Part shown: in pieces, positions 24,430 to 32,000 of the stretch
How the letters are laid out: every line of letters starts with the position of its first letter
Numbering within the stretch: position 1 is the first letter of the stretch
Assembly (NCBI RefSeq): GCF_004376175.1
Contig: NZ_SNUY01000013.1
Coordinates: 13,372-45,371, forward strand
Direction of reading: 5' to 3'
DNA length: 32,000 nucleotides
From: Halalkalibacterium halodurans
GTDB taxonomy: Bacteria > Bacillota > Bacilli > Bacillales > Bacillaceae_D
Program-made: the position numbers and the translations under genes
Notes under the pieces: model-generated
Told to the model about the DNA's origin: nothing
The model's input: the letters and a program-made list of their open reading frames with translations, nothing else
The model's database searches: none

Positions 24430-24431
24430 GG

Positions 24432-27400
24432 TTACACTCGATTGATATCAAACACGAATTCTTGATCTTGATCCGCTTTCAGCACATATTCATCGTGAAC
24501 GGGTGCACCCCAGCTATCATCTCCTCCAACACCCATTTGTTTACCTGCCACATTCACAACCGTATAATGAACGTTTGGCAGCTCATATGGATGGCTTGCC
24601 TGTTCAAGCTCAAATGCGGTGTAAGGGGAGATTTGGCATTCAATTGGCTCCTCCACCGAACGGACCTCGATCCCTTGCCCGTTTGCATCGAGGATTTTCA
24701 CGGAGCGGACCCCTGTTCGGTTTCCAGATTCTTGCGGGGTTACGTATTGTGAGAGATTGTTTTCCACTTTGTTTTTGAATGTGCAAAGCCTTGCCCCTGT
24801 TGCGCGATCTGCGTAATTTTCTTCCGGACCTAACGAGTACCATTGCAATTGCTCATAATCGGCTGGTAGTTTAAAGGATAAAGCAAAGATCGGTAGCTGT
24901 GGTAAGGGTTCGTCTCCTTTGCTGGCTTCATACGCGGAGCGAATCCGAAGGCTGCCGTCTGGAAACACCGTATAACCGACCTTTACTTCGATTCGATCAC
25001 TTATGGAAAAATGATAGGTGAAAAGAACCGATACATATTCATCTTTCTCTTCGACCTCCACGTTCACGCATTTTCTCGCTAAACTTGCCGCATACCAAAT
25101 GCCTGAATGATAAAGCTGGGAACATCCTTTATCGTTGTCCGTCGTTGCTCGCCAGAAAAGTGGCATCGGTGGCTGCTCAATCATTTCTTTGCCCGCATAG
25201 TGAAGCGACACGAGACTCCCAACCGCTTTGGAAAAGAGGACGGAAAAGTCTTCCCCATGGATGCCGATGTTTACATCACCATGCACAACCTTAAGTGCTC
25301 CTCTTGCGTTCCTTTCTTTTTCGATCGCTCCCATCCGGTATACATGCTGACCAAACGCAACCTCATGTCCTTTCTCAGCCCACAGTTGGTCCTGCTTTAA
25401 AGTAAGCATTGTGTGGATGCAATACTCTCCAGGTTCATTCATCCCCTGTTCAGGCCAAGCAAACGAAAAGTACATTTCTTCCTGCGGAGCTACAGATACA
25501 TCTTGCTTTTTCCGATAGAGCTCTGTCCCTTCCCAATATAATGCATACTCTAATTGATAAGCTGATGTATCGGTGAACAGATTTTCATTTTTCACGAGCA
25601 CTCCCTCGCGATCTGGCACTAGCTTGATGTTTTGATATAAAAACTTCACTTCTTGCATTTTTGGTGACGGCTTCCGGTCAGCATATACAATGCCGTTTGC
25701 ACAAAAGTGATAGTCTGTTGGCCTATCGCCAAAATCTCCGCCGTATGCAAAGTATTCCTTCCCGAAGCGATCTTTCTTCAAAAGCGCTTGGTCAATATAA
25801 TCCCAAATGAAGCCTCCTTGATACATCGGGTATTTCTGTTCCAACTCTGTATACTTGTGCATGCCACCTAAAGAGTTCCCCATCGCATGCATATATTCAC
25901 AGCTAATGTACGGCTTTTTCGGATCGTTCGTTAAATAGTCCTCAATGTCTTTTGGTTTTGCATACATTCGACTTTCCATATCGCTCGTGTCGTCATAAGC
26001 TCTCGCATGAAACACACCTTCATAATGTACGAGACGACTTGGATCGACCGATTTAAAATAGCGACTCACATTCAGAATAACCTCGCCTGCATACGATTCA
26101 TTTCCGCACGACCAGATAAGGATCGATGGGTGATTTTTATCTCTTTCAAACATGGAGACGGCTCGGTCCATCACGATCGGTTCCCACTCCAGATGATTCC
26201 CAGGAATGTTCCAGGATGGCTCTACCTTCCCTAACTTTTGCCACGAGCCGTGGGTTTCTAAATTCATCTCATCAATGACGTAGAGACCGTACTCGTCACA
26301 CAATTGATACCACTCACTATTGTTCGGATAATGAGAAGTACGAACGGCGTTAATGTTATGCTTTTTCATCGTCTTTATATCTTCAAGCATGTCTTCTTTT
26401 GTCACGACACGCCCTGTTCGCCCATTAAACTCATGGCGGTTCACGCCTTTAAAGACAATCCGCTTGCCATTCAAAGTCATGATGTTATTTACGAGTTCAA
26501 ATCTTCTAAATCCAACCTTTTGTGGGACGACCTCTATTAATGTCCCCTTTTCATTAAATAGTTTCAAAAACAGCTTGTATAAATAAGGATCCTCCGCACT
26601 CCATAATGCTGGCGAATCTACGCTCATGGACACAGTCGCTTGATCATGATTCGTTTTTATATCCGTCGTTGCGATGACCGCTCCTTCAGCATCGTACAAT
26701 TCAGCAACGATCATCACCTCTTTCTCTTGGGATCGTTTTAGTTCAAGTGTTGTTTCAAGGATACCTGTTTGCAACGAACGGTCTAGCTCGGCGCGAACGT
26801 GCATGTCATATACGTGGATGTTCGGAATCGTGTATAAGTAGACGTCGCGAAAAATACCAGAAAATCTCCAGAAATCTTGATCCTCTAACCAGCTACCAGT
26901 CGAACGTTGATACACTTCAACACATAGTTTGTTTTCCCCCTCCACAGCATACGGGGTCAGGTCAAATTCTGCCGGCGTAAAACTATCCTCACTATAGCCA
27001 ACAAACTCCCCATTGAGCCAAACGTAAAACGCTGTTTCCACCCCTTGAAAGGAGATAAAGAGAGGGTGGTTCGACATGTTATTCGGAATATCAAAATACT
27101 TGACATAGCTGCCAACTGGATTATCATCTTCCGGAATTTCCGGCGGGCGAAGGTGGTGGTGACCGTCCCATGGATACATCGTGTTCACATATTGGGGCTT
27201 CCCGTACCCTTGTAGTTGAATATGCCCTGGTACGAGAATATCGTCCCAACATTTACAATCAAAACCGAGCTGGTAAAACTCCTTTGGCCGAGTATTCGAA
27301 TTGATCGCATAATGGAACTTCCAATGGCCATTTAACGAATGGCGCATGGACATTGGCGGTTCTTTTTTCGCTTCTTCCACCGTTTCATAATATACATGAT

Positions 27401-27476
27401 CAGAATGGGCCGGAAGCCGATTGACGGCAAATACATTCACATCGCGAAGCCAGCTTACGTTTGAGTGCGTTTTCAA
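24432..27476 (-). CDS. lacZ: Beta-galactosidase, glycoside hydrolase family 2 (LacZ-type, about 1014 aa)
   Basis: The length and motifs are typical of LacZ (NAVRTSHYPN, WSCGNESYAG acid/base region, YISCEYMHAMGNS nucleophile region, small-chain/DUF4981-like C-terminus). The TTG start follows GAAGGAAGTG. Confidence 0.92.
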   Translation of the reverse strand: MKTHSNVSWLRDVNVFAVNRLPAHSDHVYYETVEEAKKEPPMSMRHSLNGHWKFHYAINSNTRPKEFYQLGFDCKCWDDILVPGHIQLQGYGKPQYVNTMYPWDGHHHLRPPEIPEDDNPVGSYVKYFDIPNNMSNHPLFISFQGVETAFYVWLNGEFVGYSEDSFTPAEFDLTPYAVEGENKLCVEVYQRSTGSWLEDQDFWRFSGIFRDVYLYTIPNIHVYDMHVRAELDRSLQTGILETTLELKRSQEKEVMIVAELYDAEGAVIATTDIKTNHDQATVSMSVDSPALWSAEDPYLYKLFLKLFNEKGTLIEVVPQKVGFRRFELVNNIMTLNGKRIVFKGVNRHEFNGRTGRVVTKEDMLEDIKTMKKHNINAVRTSHYPNNSEWYQLCDEYGLYVIDEMNLETHGSWQKLGKVEPSWNIPGNHLEWEPIVMDRAVSMFERDKNHPSILIWSCGNESYAGEVILNVSRYFKSVDPSRLVHYEGVFHARAYDDTSDMESRMYAKPKDIEDYLTNDPKKPYISCEYMHAMGNSLGGMHKYTELEQKYPMYQGGFIWDYIDQALLKKDRFGKEYFAYGGDFGDRPTDYHFCANGIVYADRKPSPKMQEVKFLYQNIKLVPDREGVLVKNENLFTDTSAYQLEYALYWEGTELYRKKQDVSVAPQEEMYFSFAWPEQGMNEPGEYCIHTMLTLKQDQLWAEKGHEVAFGQHVYRMGAIEKERNARGALKVVHGDVNIGIHGEDFSVLFSKAVGSLVSLHYAGKEMIEQPPMPLFWRATTDNDKGCSQLYHSGIWYAASLARKCVNVEVEEKDEYVSVLFTYHFSISDRIEVKVGYTVFPDGSLRIRSAYEASKGDEPLPQLPIFALSFKLPADYEQLQWYSLGPEENYADRATGARLCTFKNKVENNLSQYVTPQESGNRTGVRSVKILDANGQGIEVRSVEEPIECQISPYTAFELEQASHPYELPNVHYTVVNVAGKQMGVGGDDSWGAPVHDEYVLKADQDQEFVFDINRV
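27462..27475 (-). promoter_or_regulatory. cre-like box TGAAAACGCACTCA overlapping the lacZ start codon
   Basis: It fits WTGNAANCGNWNNCW and matches the stricter consensus at 13 of 14 positions. Confidence 0.35.
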
Positions 27477-27531
27477 AAGAGATCACTTCCTTCATCATTT
27501 ACTAGTTCTATATATTTTCTATTACTATCGA

Positions 27532-28350
27532 TTATCCTTTCACCGAGCCCATCATTCCGGCAACAAAATGTTTCTGCATGAGGAAAAAGACGAGCGCTGT
27601 CGGTAAAGTGGCGATGACAATGGCCGTCATGATCACCCCATAATCTGGCGCGTAACCCGCTCCTAAGTTCGATATCAACAAAGGGATCGTCTTTTTATCG
27701 GGTGACTGCAAAATGACTAGTGGCCATAAAAAATTATTCCAGCTCGTCATAAACGCAATGATCGCAGCAGCTGCATATGTCGTTTTCATGGACGGAACAT
27801 AAATTCGCAAGAAAATGCCAAGTTCACTTAGGCCATCGATTCGTCCCGCCTCAATGAGCTCCTTCTGAAACATTTTCGTGTTTTGCCGAAAAAAGAAAAT
27901 GAAAAAGGCTGTCGTAATAGTTGGTAAGATAACGGCTGCGAGCGTATCGATCCCGATCATAGGAAGCGTATTCGTCACACTGCCAAAGAGACGGTACAGC
28001 GGAATCATAATCGATGCAAACGGGATCATCATTGATAACAATAAAATGGTAAACACCCGATCTTTTCCCGGACTACGATAGATTTCAAATCCATACCCAG
28101 CAATGGAGGAAATCAGCAAGGTTAAAAATGTTGTAACCAAAGCGATGATGGTTGAATTAAGTAACGCTGATACGATATCAACGGTTTCAAACAACGTGCG
28201 GATATTTTCAAACAAGTGGCTACCAGGTAAAAGTCGTCCTCTTGTAACATCAATCGATTCGTTGGTCATGCTAACGACCATCCATAGGAATGGGAAAATA
28301 CATATGAACGAAGATACACTTAAAAATAAATAGATAAACGCTCGCTTCAT
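27532..28350 (-). CDS. Carbohydrate ABC transporter permease (MalG/CUT1 type)
   Basis: 272-aa ORF with 6 TM helices and an EAA loop (ELIEAGRIDGLSELGIFLRIYVP). Its ATG overlaps the upstream stop (ATGA). Confidence 0.9.
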   Translation of the reverse strand: MKRAFIYLFLSVSSFICIFPFLWMVVSMTNESIDVTRGRLLPGSHLFENIRTLFETVDIVSALLNSTIIALVTTFLTLLISSIAGYGFEIYRSPGKDRVFTILLLSMMIPFASIMIPLYRLFGSVTNTLPMIGIDTLAAVILPTITTAFFIFFFRQNTKMFQKELIEAGRIDGLSELGIFLRIYVPSMKTTYAAAAIIAFMTSWNNFLWPLVILQSPDKKTIPLLISNLGAGYAPDYGVIMTAIVIATLPTALVFFLMQKHFVAGMMGSVKG

Positions 28351-29219
28351 TTTTTCTCACCTGCCACTTTAAATTGAACGATCGACAAGACGATAACTAG
28401 CATGACAATCACATAGGAGACTGTAGAGGCATAGCCGAAATCTGGGGTATATTCAAACGATAGGTTATAAATATACTGTGAAATTGATAGAGTAGCATTT
28501 CCCGGACCCCCATTCGTAATGTTCACGACCTCATCAAAAATTTGCAACGTTCCAATCGTCGATGTGATAGATGTAAACAAAATGATCGGCTTCAACATAG
28601 GAATCGTAATTTTCGTGAATTGCTGAAAGGGTGTAGCTCCATCGATTTTCGCTGCTTCATAAATAGATTGGTCTACATTTTGCAGAGAGGATAAATAGAA
28701 AATCATATTGTACCCTGTCCATCTCCATGTTATCGCAACAATGATCGTCACTTTCGCCCAAAAAGGGTCAGATAACCATTGAATCGGCGCTGAGATAAGC
28801 GAAACATTAAGCAAAAATTGATTGACAAGTCCGTCCATGCCAAATAAATATTTGAATATGACGGAGTATGCGACGAGAGACGTCACACACGGCAGGAAAA
28901 TGGCGATTCTAAAAAAACTCCGAAACTTTAGTGTCGCATCATTCAGTAGAACCGAAAAGATCAGCGCCAAAACGATCATTAGCGGAACTTGAATGAGTAA
29001 ATAGAGCAACGTATTTTTTAAAGCCGTCAAAAACGTAGGGTCATTGAATAAACGTATATAATTAGCCAATCCTACATATTCGAGATTGGCCCCCATTCCT
29101 GATTGAAACGATAATAGCAGCGCCTGAAGCATTGGGTAAAAATAAAAGATCGTAATCGCAGCTACTGCTAGACTGATAAAGAGCCAGCCCGTGTTTTGTC
29201 TGTTCATGCCTCTCCTCAT
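28347..29219 (-). CDS. Carbohydrate ABC transporter permease (MalF/CUT1 type)
   Basis: The ATG at 29219 follows GGGAGGAG with a 7-nt spacer, giving MRRGMNRQNTGWLF.... The track extension to 29327 has no SD and looks non-coding. The EAA loop is YEAAKIDGATPFQQFTKITIP. Confidence 0.88.
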   Translation of the reverse strand: MRRGMNRQNTGWLFISLAVAAITIFYFYPMLQALLLSFQSGMGANLEYVGLANYIRLFNDPTFLTALKNTLLYLLIQVPLMIVLALIFSVLLNDATLKFRSFFRIAIFLPCVTSLVAYSVIFKYLFGMDGLVNQFLLNVSLISAPIQWLSDPFWAKVTIIVAITWRWTGYNMIFYLSSLQNVDQSIYEAAKIDGATPFQQFTKITIPMLKPIILFTSITSTIGTLQIFDEVVNITNGGPGNATLSISQYIYNLSFEYTPDFGYASTVSYVIVMLVIVLSIVQFKVAGEKK

Positions 29220-29344
29220 TGTTTCACTCCTCCCAATTTGAATCGTGACGTTCCACTTCTTTAAGTGCAAAAATAAGCCAGAGTCGCGCCAGCAAAGGAA
29301 TGACAAAACGTAATGGCGACGACTCATGGCTTCTATAGGCGTTC

Positions 29345-30622
29345 CTATTTCAGTTGGGCTTCCGCTTGCGATTGGGCTTGATTTAATACGTCTTCAAGCT
29401 CTTTACCGTTTAAATAATCTTGCATGGCAGCAACTAAAATGTCTTCTATTGAGTATGTGTGCATTCCATAATTGACGCCCTTAATGTCGTCCGTCCATTT
29501 TGAAAACGCTTGGATGATGTTTTGACCACCGAAGTATTCATCCTCACTTGAAAAATCGTCTTCTACTAGTGCCGGGAGATACGTACCGATTGCACCGATC
29601 TCTTTTACGAGTTGCTTATAAAAATCGGTATTCGCACCAAACGTATCGGCAAGAAATGCAGCTGCCTGTTCCTTGCCGTCCACATTTAAGACATACCACG
29701 AGCTTCCACCTAGGTTTGAGGCGTTGACAGCCCCCTCCATGTCTAATCGCGGAATCGGGACAACCGCCCAGTCCCCAGCCTGAGACTCTTCCGCTTTAAC
29801 GCTCGCCGTGATCCAGTTCCCGGTCGGAACGGTCGCGACCTCTCCGTTATTAAAGGCGGCCACAAACTGACTCCAATCGGAATTGATTTTCACAATGTTT
29901 TCTTCCATCATCTGTTTATAGAGTTCAAATGCTTTGGTTAGCCCTTCATTGTTGGCGATATCAGGCGTAGTACCATCCTCTTCCACATACCAAGATCCAA
30001 CCGTTTGAATCATGACACGAACGATCCCTAGATCATTTGGATCAAGAGTAATCATGTCAACTCCTGTTTTTTCTTTCACTGCTTTTCCGATTTCCACATA
30101 CTCTTCCCATGTAATGTTCGTCACATCGTCTACTGTGTAGCCGGCTTCTTCTAAATATTCGGTTCGAACGTAAAGGCCTGTGACACCCGAATCAAACGGC
30201 ACGCCGTATTGTTTCCCGTCAAGACTCGTGGTTGCCACTTTGTAGCTTGCAAACTCATCAGGATTGATATAATCATCTAACGGATAAAAAGCGTCCGGAT
30301 AGGCTTGTAAAAAGCTTTGAGCCCTATAATCTTCAATTAAAACAATGTTCGGCATCCCTTTCATTGTTCCGGAACTAAGGCCCGTGTTTAATTTTTGAAT
30401 GATGTCATCTTGGGCATTTTCAATCGTTTCCAGCTCAGTCTCTCCGGCAAAATAGTCCTCCGCCATATCCAATGCGGCAATGTTGAACCTAGGGTCCCAC
30501 GCCCACGCGGTGATTTTATCTACCTCTGTTATCTCCCCTTCGCCCCTTGACTCAGTACCTGAACAGGCAGACATCGTGAGAAGGGTACCTAGCAACAAGA
30601 TGAGCCACTTCCATGTTTTCAT
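29345..30622 (-). CDS. Sugar ABC transporter substrate-binding lipoprotein
   Basis: 425-aa ORF with a lipobox (LLTMSAC) and a family 1 extracellular solute-binding character. Confidence 0.88.
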   Translation of the reverse strand: MKTWKWLILLLGTLLTMSACSGTESRGEGEITEVDKITAWAWDPRFNIAALDMAEDYFAGETELETIENAQDDIIQKLNTGLSSGTMKGMPNIVLIEDYRAQSFLQAYPDAFYPLDDYINPDEFASYKVATTSLDGKQYGVPFDSGVTGLYVRTEYLEEAGYTVDDVTNITWEEYVEIGKAVKEKTGVDMITLDPNDLGIVRVMIQTVGSWYVEEDGTTPDIANNEGLTKAFELYKQMMEENIVKINSDWSQFVAAFNNGEVATVPTGNWITASVKAEESQAGDWAVVPIPRLDMEGAVNASNLGGSSWYVLNVDGKEQAAAFLADTFGANTDFYKQLVKEIGAIGTYLPALVEDDFSSEDEYFGGQNIIQAFSKWTDDIKGVNYGMHTYSIEDILVAAMQDYLNGKELEDVLNQAQSQAEAQLK

Positions 30623-30639
30623 TTAAATCCCCCTTTTCT

Positions 30640-30653
30640 TGAAAGCGCTTACT
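30640..30653. promoter_or_regulatory. cre box TGAAAGCGCTTACT upstream of the binding-protein gene
   Basis: It matches WTGNAANCGNWNNCW and lies 18 nt upstream of the ATG at 30622. Confidence 0.6.
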
Positions 30654-30733
30654 AACTTGATTAAATAATACCTCACGACCAAAACAAACGGATAGAAACA
30701 TCTTTAGATCGTGGTTTCATTATTTTTAGATCA

Positions 30734-30751
30734 TGATCAGCAGCACTTGTA
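30734..30751 (-). repeat. Copy 2 of exact 18-nt repeat TACAAGTGCTGCTGATCA
   Basis: The reverse complement is identical to 4662..4679. It starts 7 nt after the kinase stop codon. Confidence 0.9.
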
Positions 30752-30757
30752 CAATCT

Positions 30758-31690
30758 TTAGAAATTTGTACTTTTCTTAGATGATTCATTTGGTAAAAGG
30801 GGTAAAATGACATGGACGACGGTGCCAGTCCCAACTTTACTCGTCATCTCAACACCGTAATCTTTTCCGTAAAGCAATTGAATCCGCTCATGGACGTTAC
30901 GCACTCCGATCCCGTGAAACAACTGGCGCTTTCCGTGATAACGGCTTGACAAGCTCACTTTCTCCAAATCCATCCCATCCCCGTTATCAACAATTTCAAA
31001 CACAAGCTTTTCGTCCTTCACAGCCGCCATCACCTGAATAAAGCCTTCTTTCTTTTTATTAAACGCATGGAAAAATGCATTTTCGATAAATGGTTGGAGG
31101 ACAAGCTTTGGCATCTGATAAGGCAAGCATTCTGGCGATACGAAATAATGGACTTTAATACGCTCCCCGTATCTTGCTTGATTGATCAAAACGTATTTTC
31201 TAATGATCGTTAGCTCCTGTTCAACGGTGATCGTTTCATTAATATGGCCTAGCGCATTTTGCAGTAGCGTAATTAACGCAAAGATTGTGTCTGCTGCTTT
31301 TTCTTTATCCCCCTGCTGAACCATAAACTTTACAGACGTTAACGTATTGTATAAAAAGTGAGGATTGATCTGATGCTGTAATGCTTTGAGCTCCGCTTTT
31401 CTTTGCTTTTGTTCCGTTTCAACGACAAGGTCCACATATTCTTGTAGTTCACGAAGCATGTCGTTAAAGGCGTTTGCGATTTGTTCTGTTTCATAACCAC
31501 CGGAAGCTACTAACGGGCGTTTAAAATGATACTTGGCCATATTTGAAATTTGCTCAACGACGTTCGTTAACGATTTGGTCATTCTTCTTAAAAGGATAAA
31601 AATGATAAAGACCGACAAGACGATGATTCCGATAATAATGAAATAGATTCCTAGATTATTCACCAAAAAATCCAAAATTCTCCCAAACAA
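30758..31690 (-). CDS. YesM-type sensor histidine kinase lacking the N-terminal TM1 and extracytoplasmic sensor domain (TM-HAMP-His_kinase-HATPase only)
   Basis: 310-aa ORF with a weak TTG start and no good SD. An in-frame TGA lies 13 codons upstream. It has one TM helix, a HAMP-like segment, an NPHFLYNTL histidine box, an N-box (QPFIENAFFHAF), DNGDGM and GIGVRNV. Full-length YesM-type kinases are about 580 aa, and no AraC-type partner regulator lies in the window. Confidence 0.7.
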   Translation of the reverse strand: MFGRILDFLVNNLGIYFIIIGIIVLSVFIIFILLRRMTKSLTNVVEQISNMAKYHFKRPLVASGGYETEQIANAFNDMLRELQEYVDLVVETEQKQRKAELKALQHQINPHFLYNTLTSVKFMVQQGDKEKAADTIFALITLLQNALGHINETITVEQELTIIRKYVLINQARYGERIKVHYFVSPECLPYQMPKLVLQPFIENAFFHAFNKKKEGFIQVMAAVKDEKLVFEIVDNGDGMDLEKVSLSSRYHGKRQLFHGIGVRNVHERIQLLYGKDYGVEMTSKVGTGTVVHVILPLLPNESSKKSTNF

Positions 31691-32000
31691 ATATGTACCA
31701 AGTGTTCTCTCTACTGGTACCTTTCACCTAAAAAGTGAAAAAAGAGTACAAAAAAAGGGAAGCCTCTGTTATGTTTAAAGTGTCTAAACCAAACAAATGG
31801 AGGTTCCCTTATGCCTACTTTAAGAGCTTGTTCAAAAAGCACCTTTTTAATCAAATCATAACTAGAAAATCAGTTGACTACACTTCCATTAATGGTAATG
31901 AAAGTAAAATAATTTCAGACAAAAAAATGTACCTTCGCCCCACTCAAAATCGCACCTAAAAAAGGGTAGACTTCTCCCTTGGACCATAGACAATTTTTTG

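Noticed and set aside
11466-28333. Further overlapping short ORFs (11466..11735, 11491..11688, 12070..12318, 12519..12716, 13209..13397, 13512..13733, 14458..14658, 16168..16488, 17792..18022, 19305..19490, 20062..20314, 21428..21670, 22315..22515, 22822..23046, 23287..23544, 23645..24010, 24462..27606 series, 27878..28333)
   Set aside because: The same reasoning applies. Each is embedded in or antisense to a longer ORF with clear family motifs.
29220-29327. N-terminal 36-codon extension of the MalF-type permease
   Set aside because: It has no SD and a non-membrane, Trp/Arg/Cys-rich sequence. A strong GGGAGGAG precedes the internal ATG at 29219.
31735-31959. 74-aa Lys-rich ORF at the window end
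   Set aside because: It lies in an AT-rich region, has no SD, has a low-complexity basic translation, and I recognise no family. It is probably non-coding sequence flanking the kinase truncation point.
1-32000. Search for CRISPR arrays, tandem repeat arrays, IS or transposon ends, integrases, tRNA/rRNA genes, toxin-antitoxin pairs and known defence-gene signatures
   Set aside because: I found none by eye. There are no repeat-spacer periodicity, no transposase-like or recombinase-like ORFs, and no tRNA-like T-loop/acceptor patterns. The only dispersed repeats are the 18-mer pair, the cre boxes and the GlnL-like hexamer arrays reported above.

Overview
Dense chromosomal window from a low-GC Gram-positive, Bacillaceae-like genome. 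The signals for this are GGAGG-type Shine-Dalgarno sites, frequent TTG/GTG starts, CcpA cre boxes and a YjcZ-type sporulation peptide. It holds about 30 genes. I saw no rRNA, tRNA, CRISPR array, transposase, integrase, phage gene or recognisable defence gene. Gene order: YjcZ-like peptide, Cof/HAD phosphatase, DoxX-like protein, MFS transporter divergent from a MocR/GabR-type regulator, HtpX protease, Gfo/Idh/MocA oxidoreductase, two unknown membrane proteins, a sodium:solute symporter with an overlapping 56-aa accessory peptide, a phasin-like protein plus UbiB/ABC1 kinase operon, a CBS-pair protein, a decayed LysR gene, an alanine/glutamine:cation symporter, a GlnK/GlnL-type two-component system divergent from a glutaminase-glutamate dehydrogenase operon, an alpha/beta hydrolase, a ferritin-like/cupin fusion, a 5'-truncated TetR remnant plus membrane protein, and a minus-strand sugar operon (truncated YesM-like kinase, binding protein, two permeases, GH2 beta-galactosidase). 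I did not find a clear multi-gene novel system of the defence-island type. The best leads follow. (1) The same 10-bp-phased triple hexamer repeat, then a -10 element, then a cre box, lies in front of both the glsA-gdh operon and the unlinked symporter, which predicts a rewired GlnL regulon. (2) The glutamate dehydrogenase carries substitutions at two near-invariant motif positions. (3) The UbiB-family kinase has no canonical start codon and appears to start at ATT behind a strong SD, downstream of a phasin-like gene and a GC-rich island. (4) Three regulators are degraded: LysR has two frameshifts, TetR lacks its HTH, and the YesM-like kinase lacks its sensor domain and partner. (5) An exact 18-nt repeat sits just 3' of two unrelated regulator genes. 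All homology calls rest on my recognition of motifs in the translated ORFs. No database search was run.
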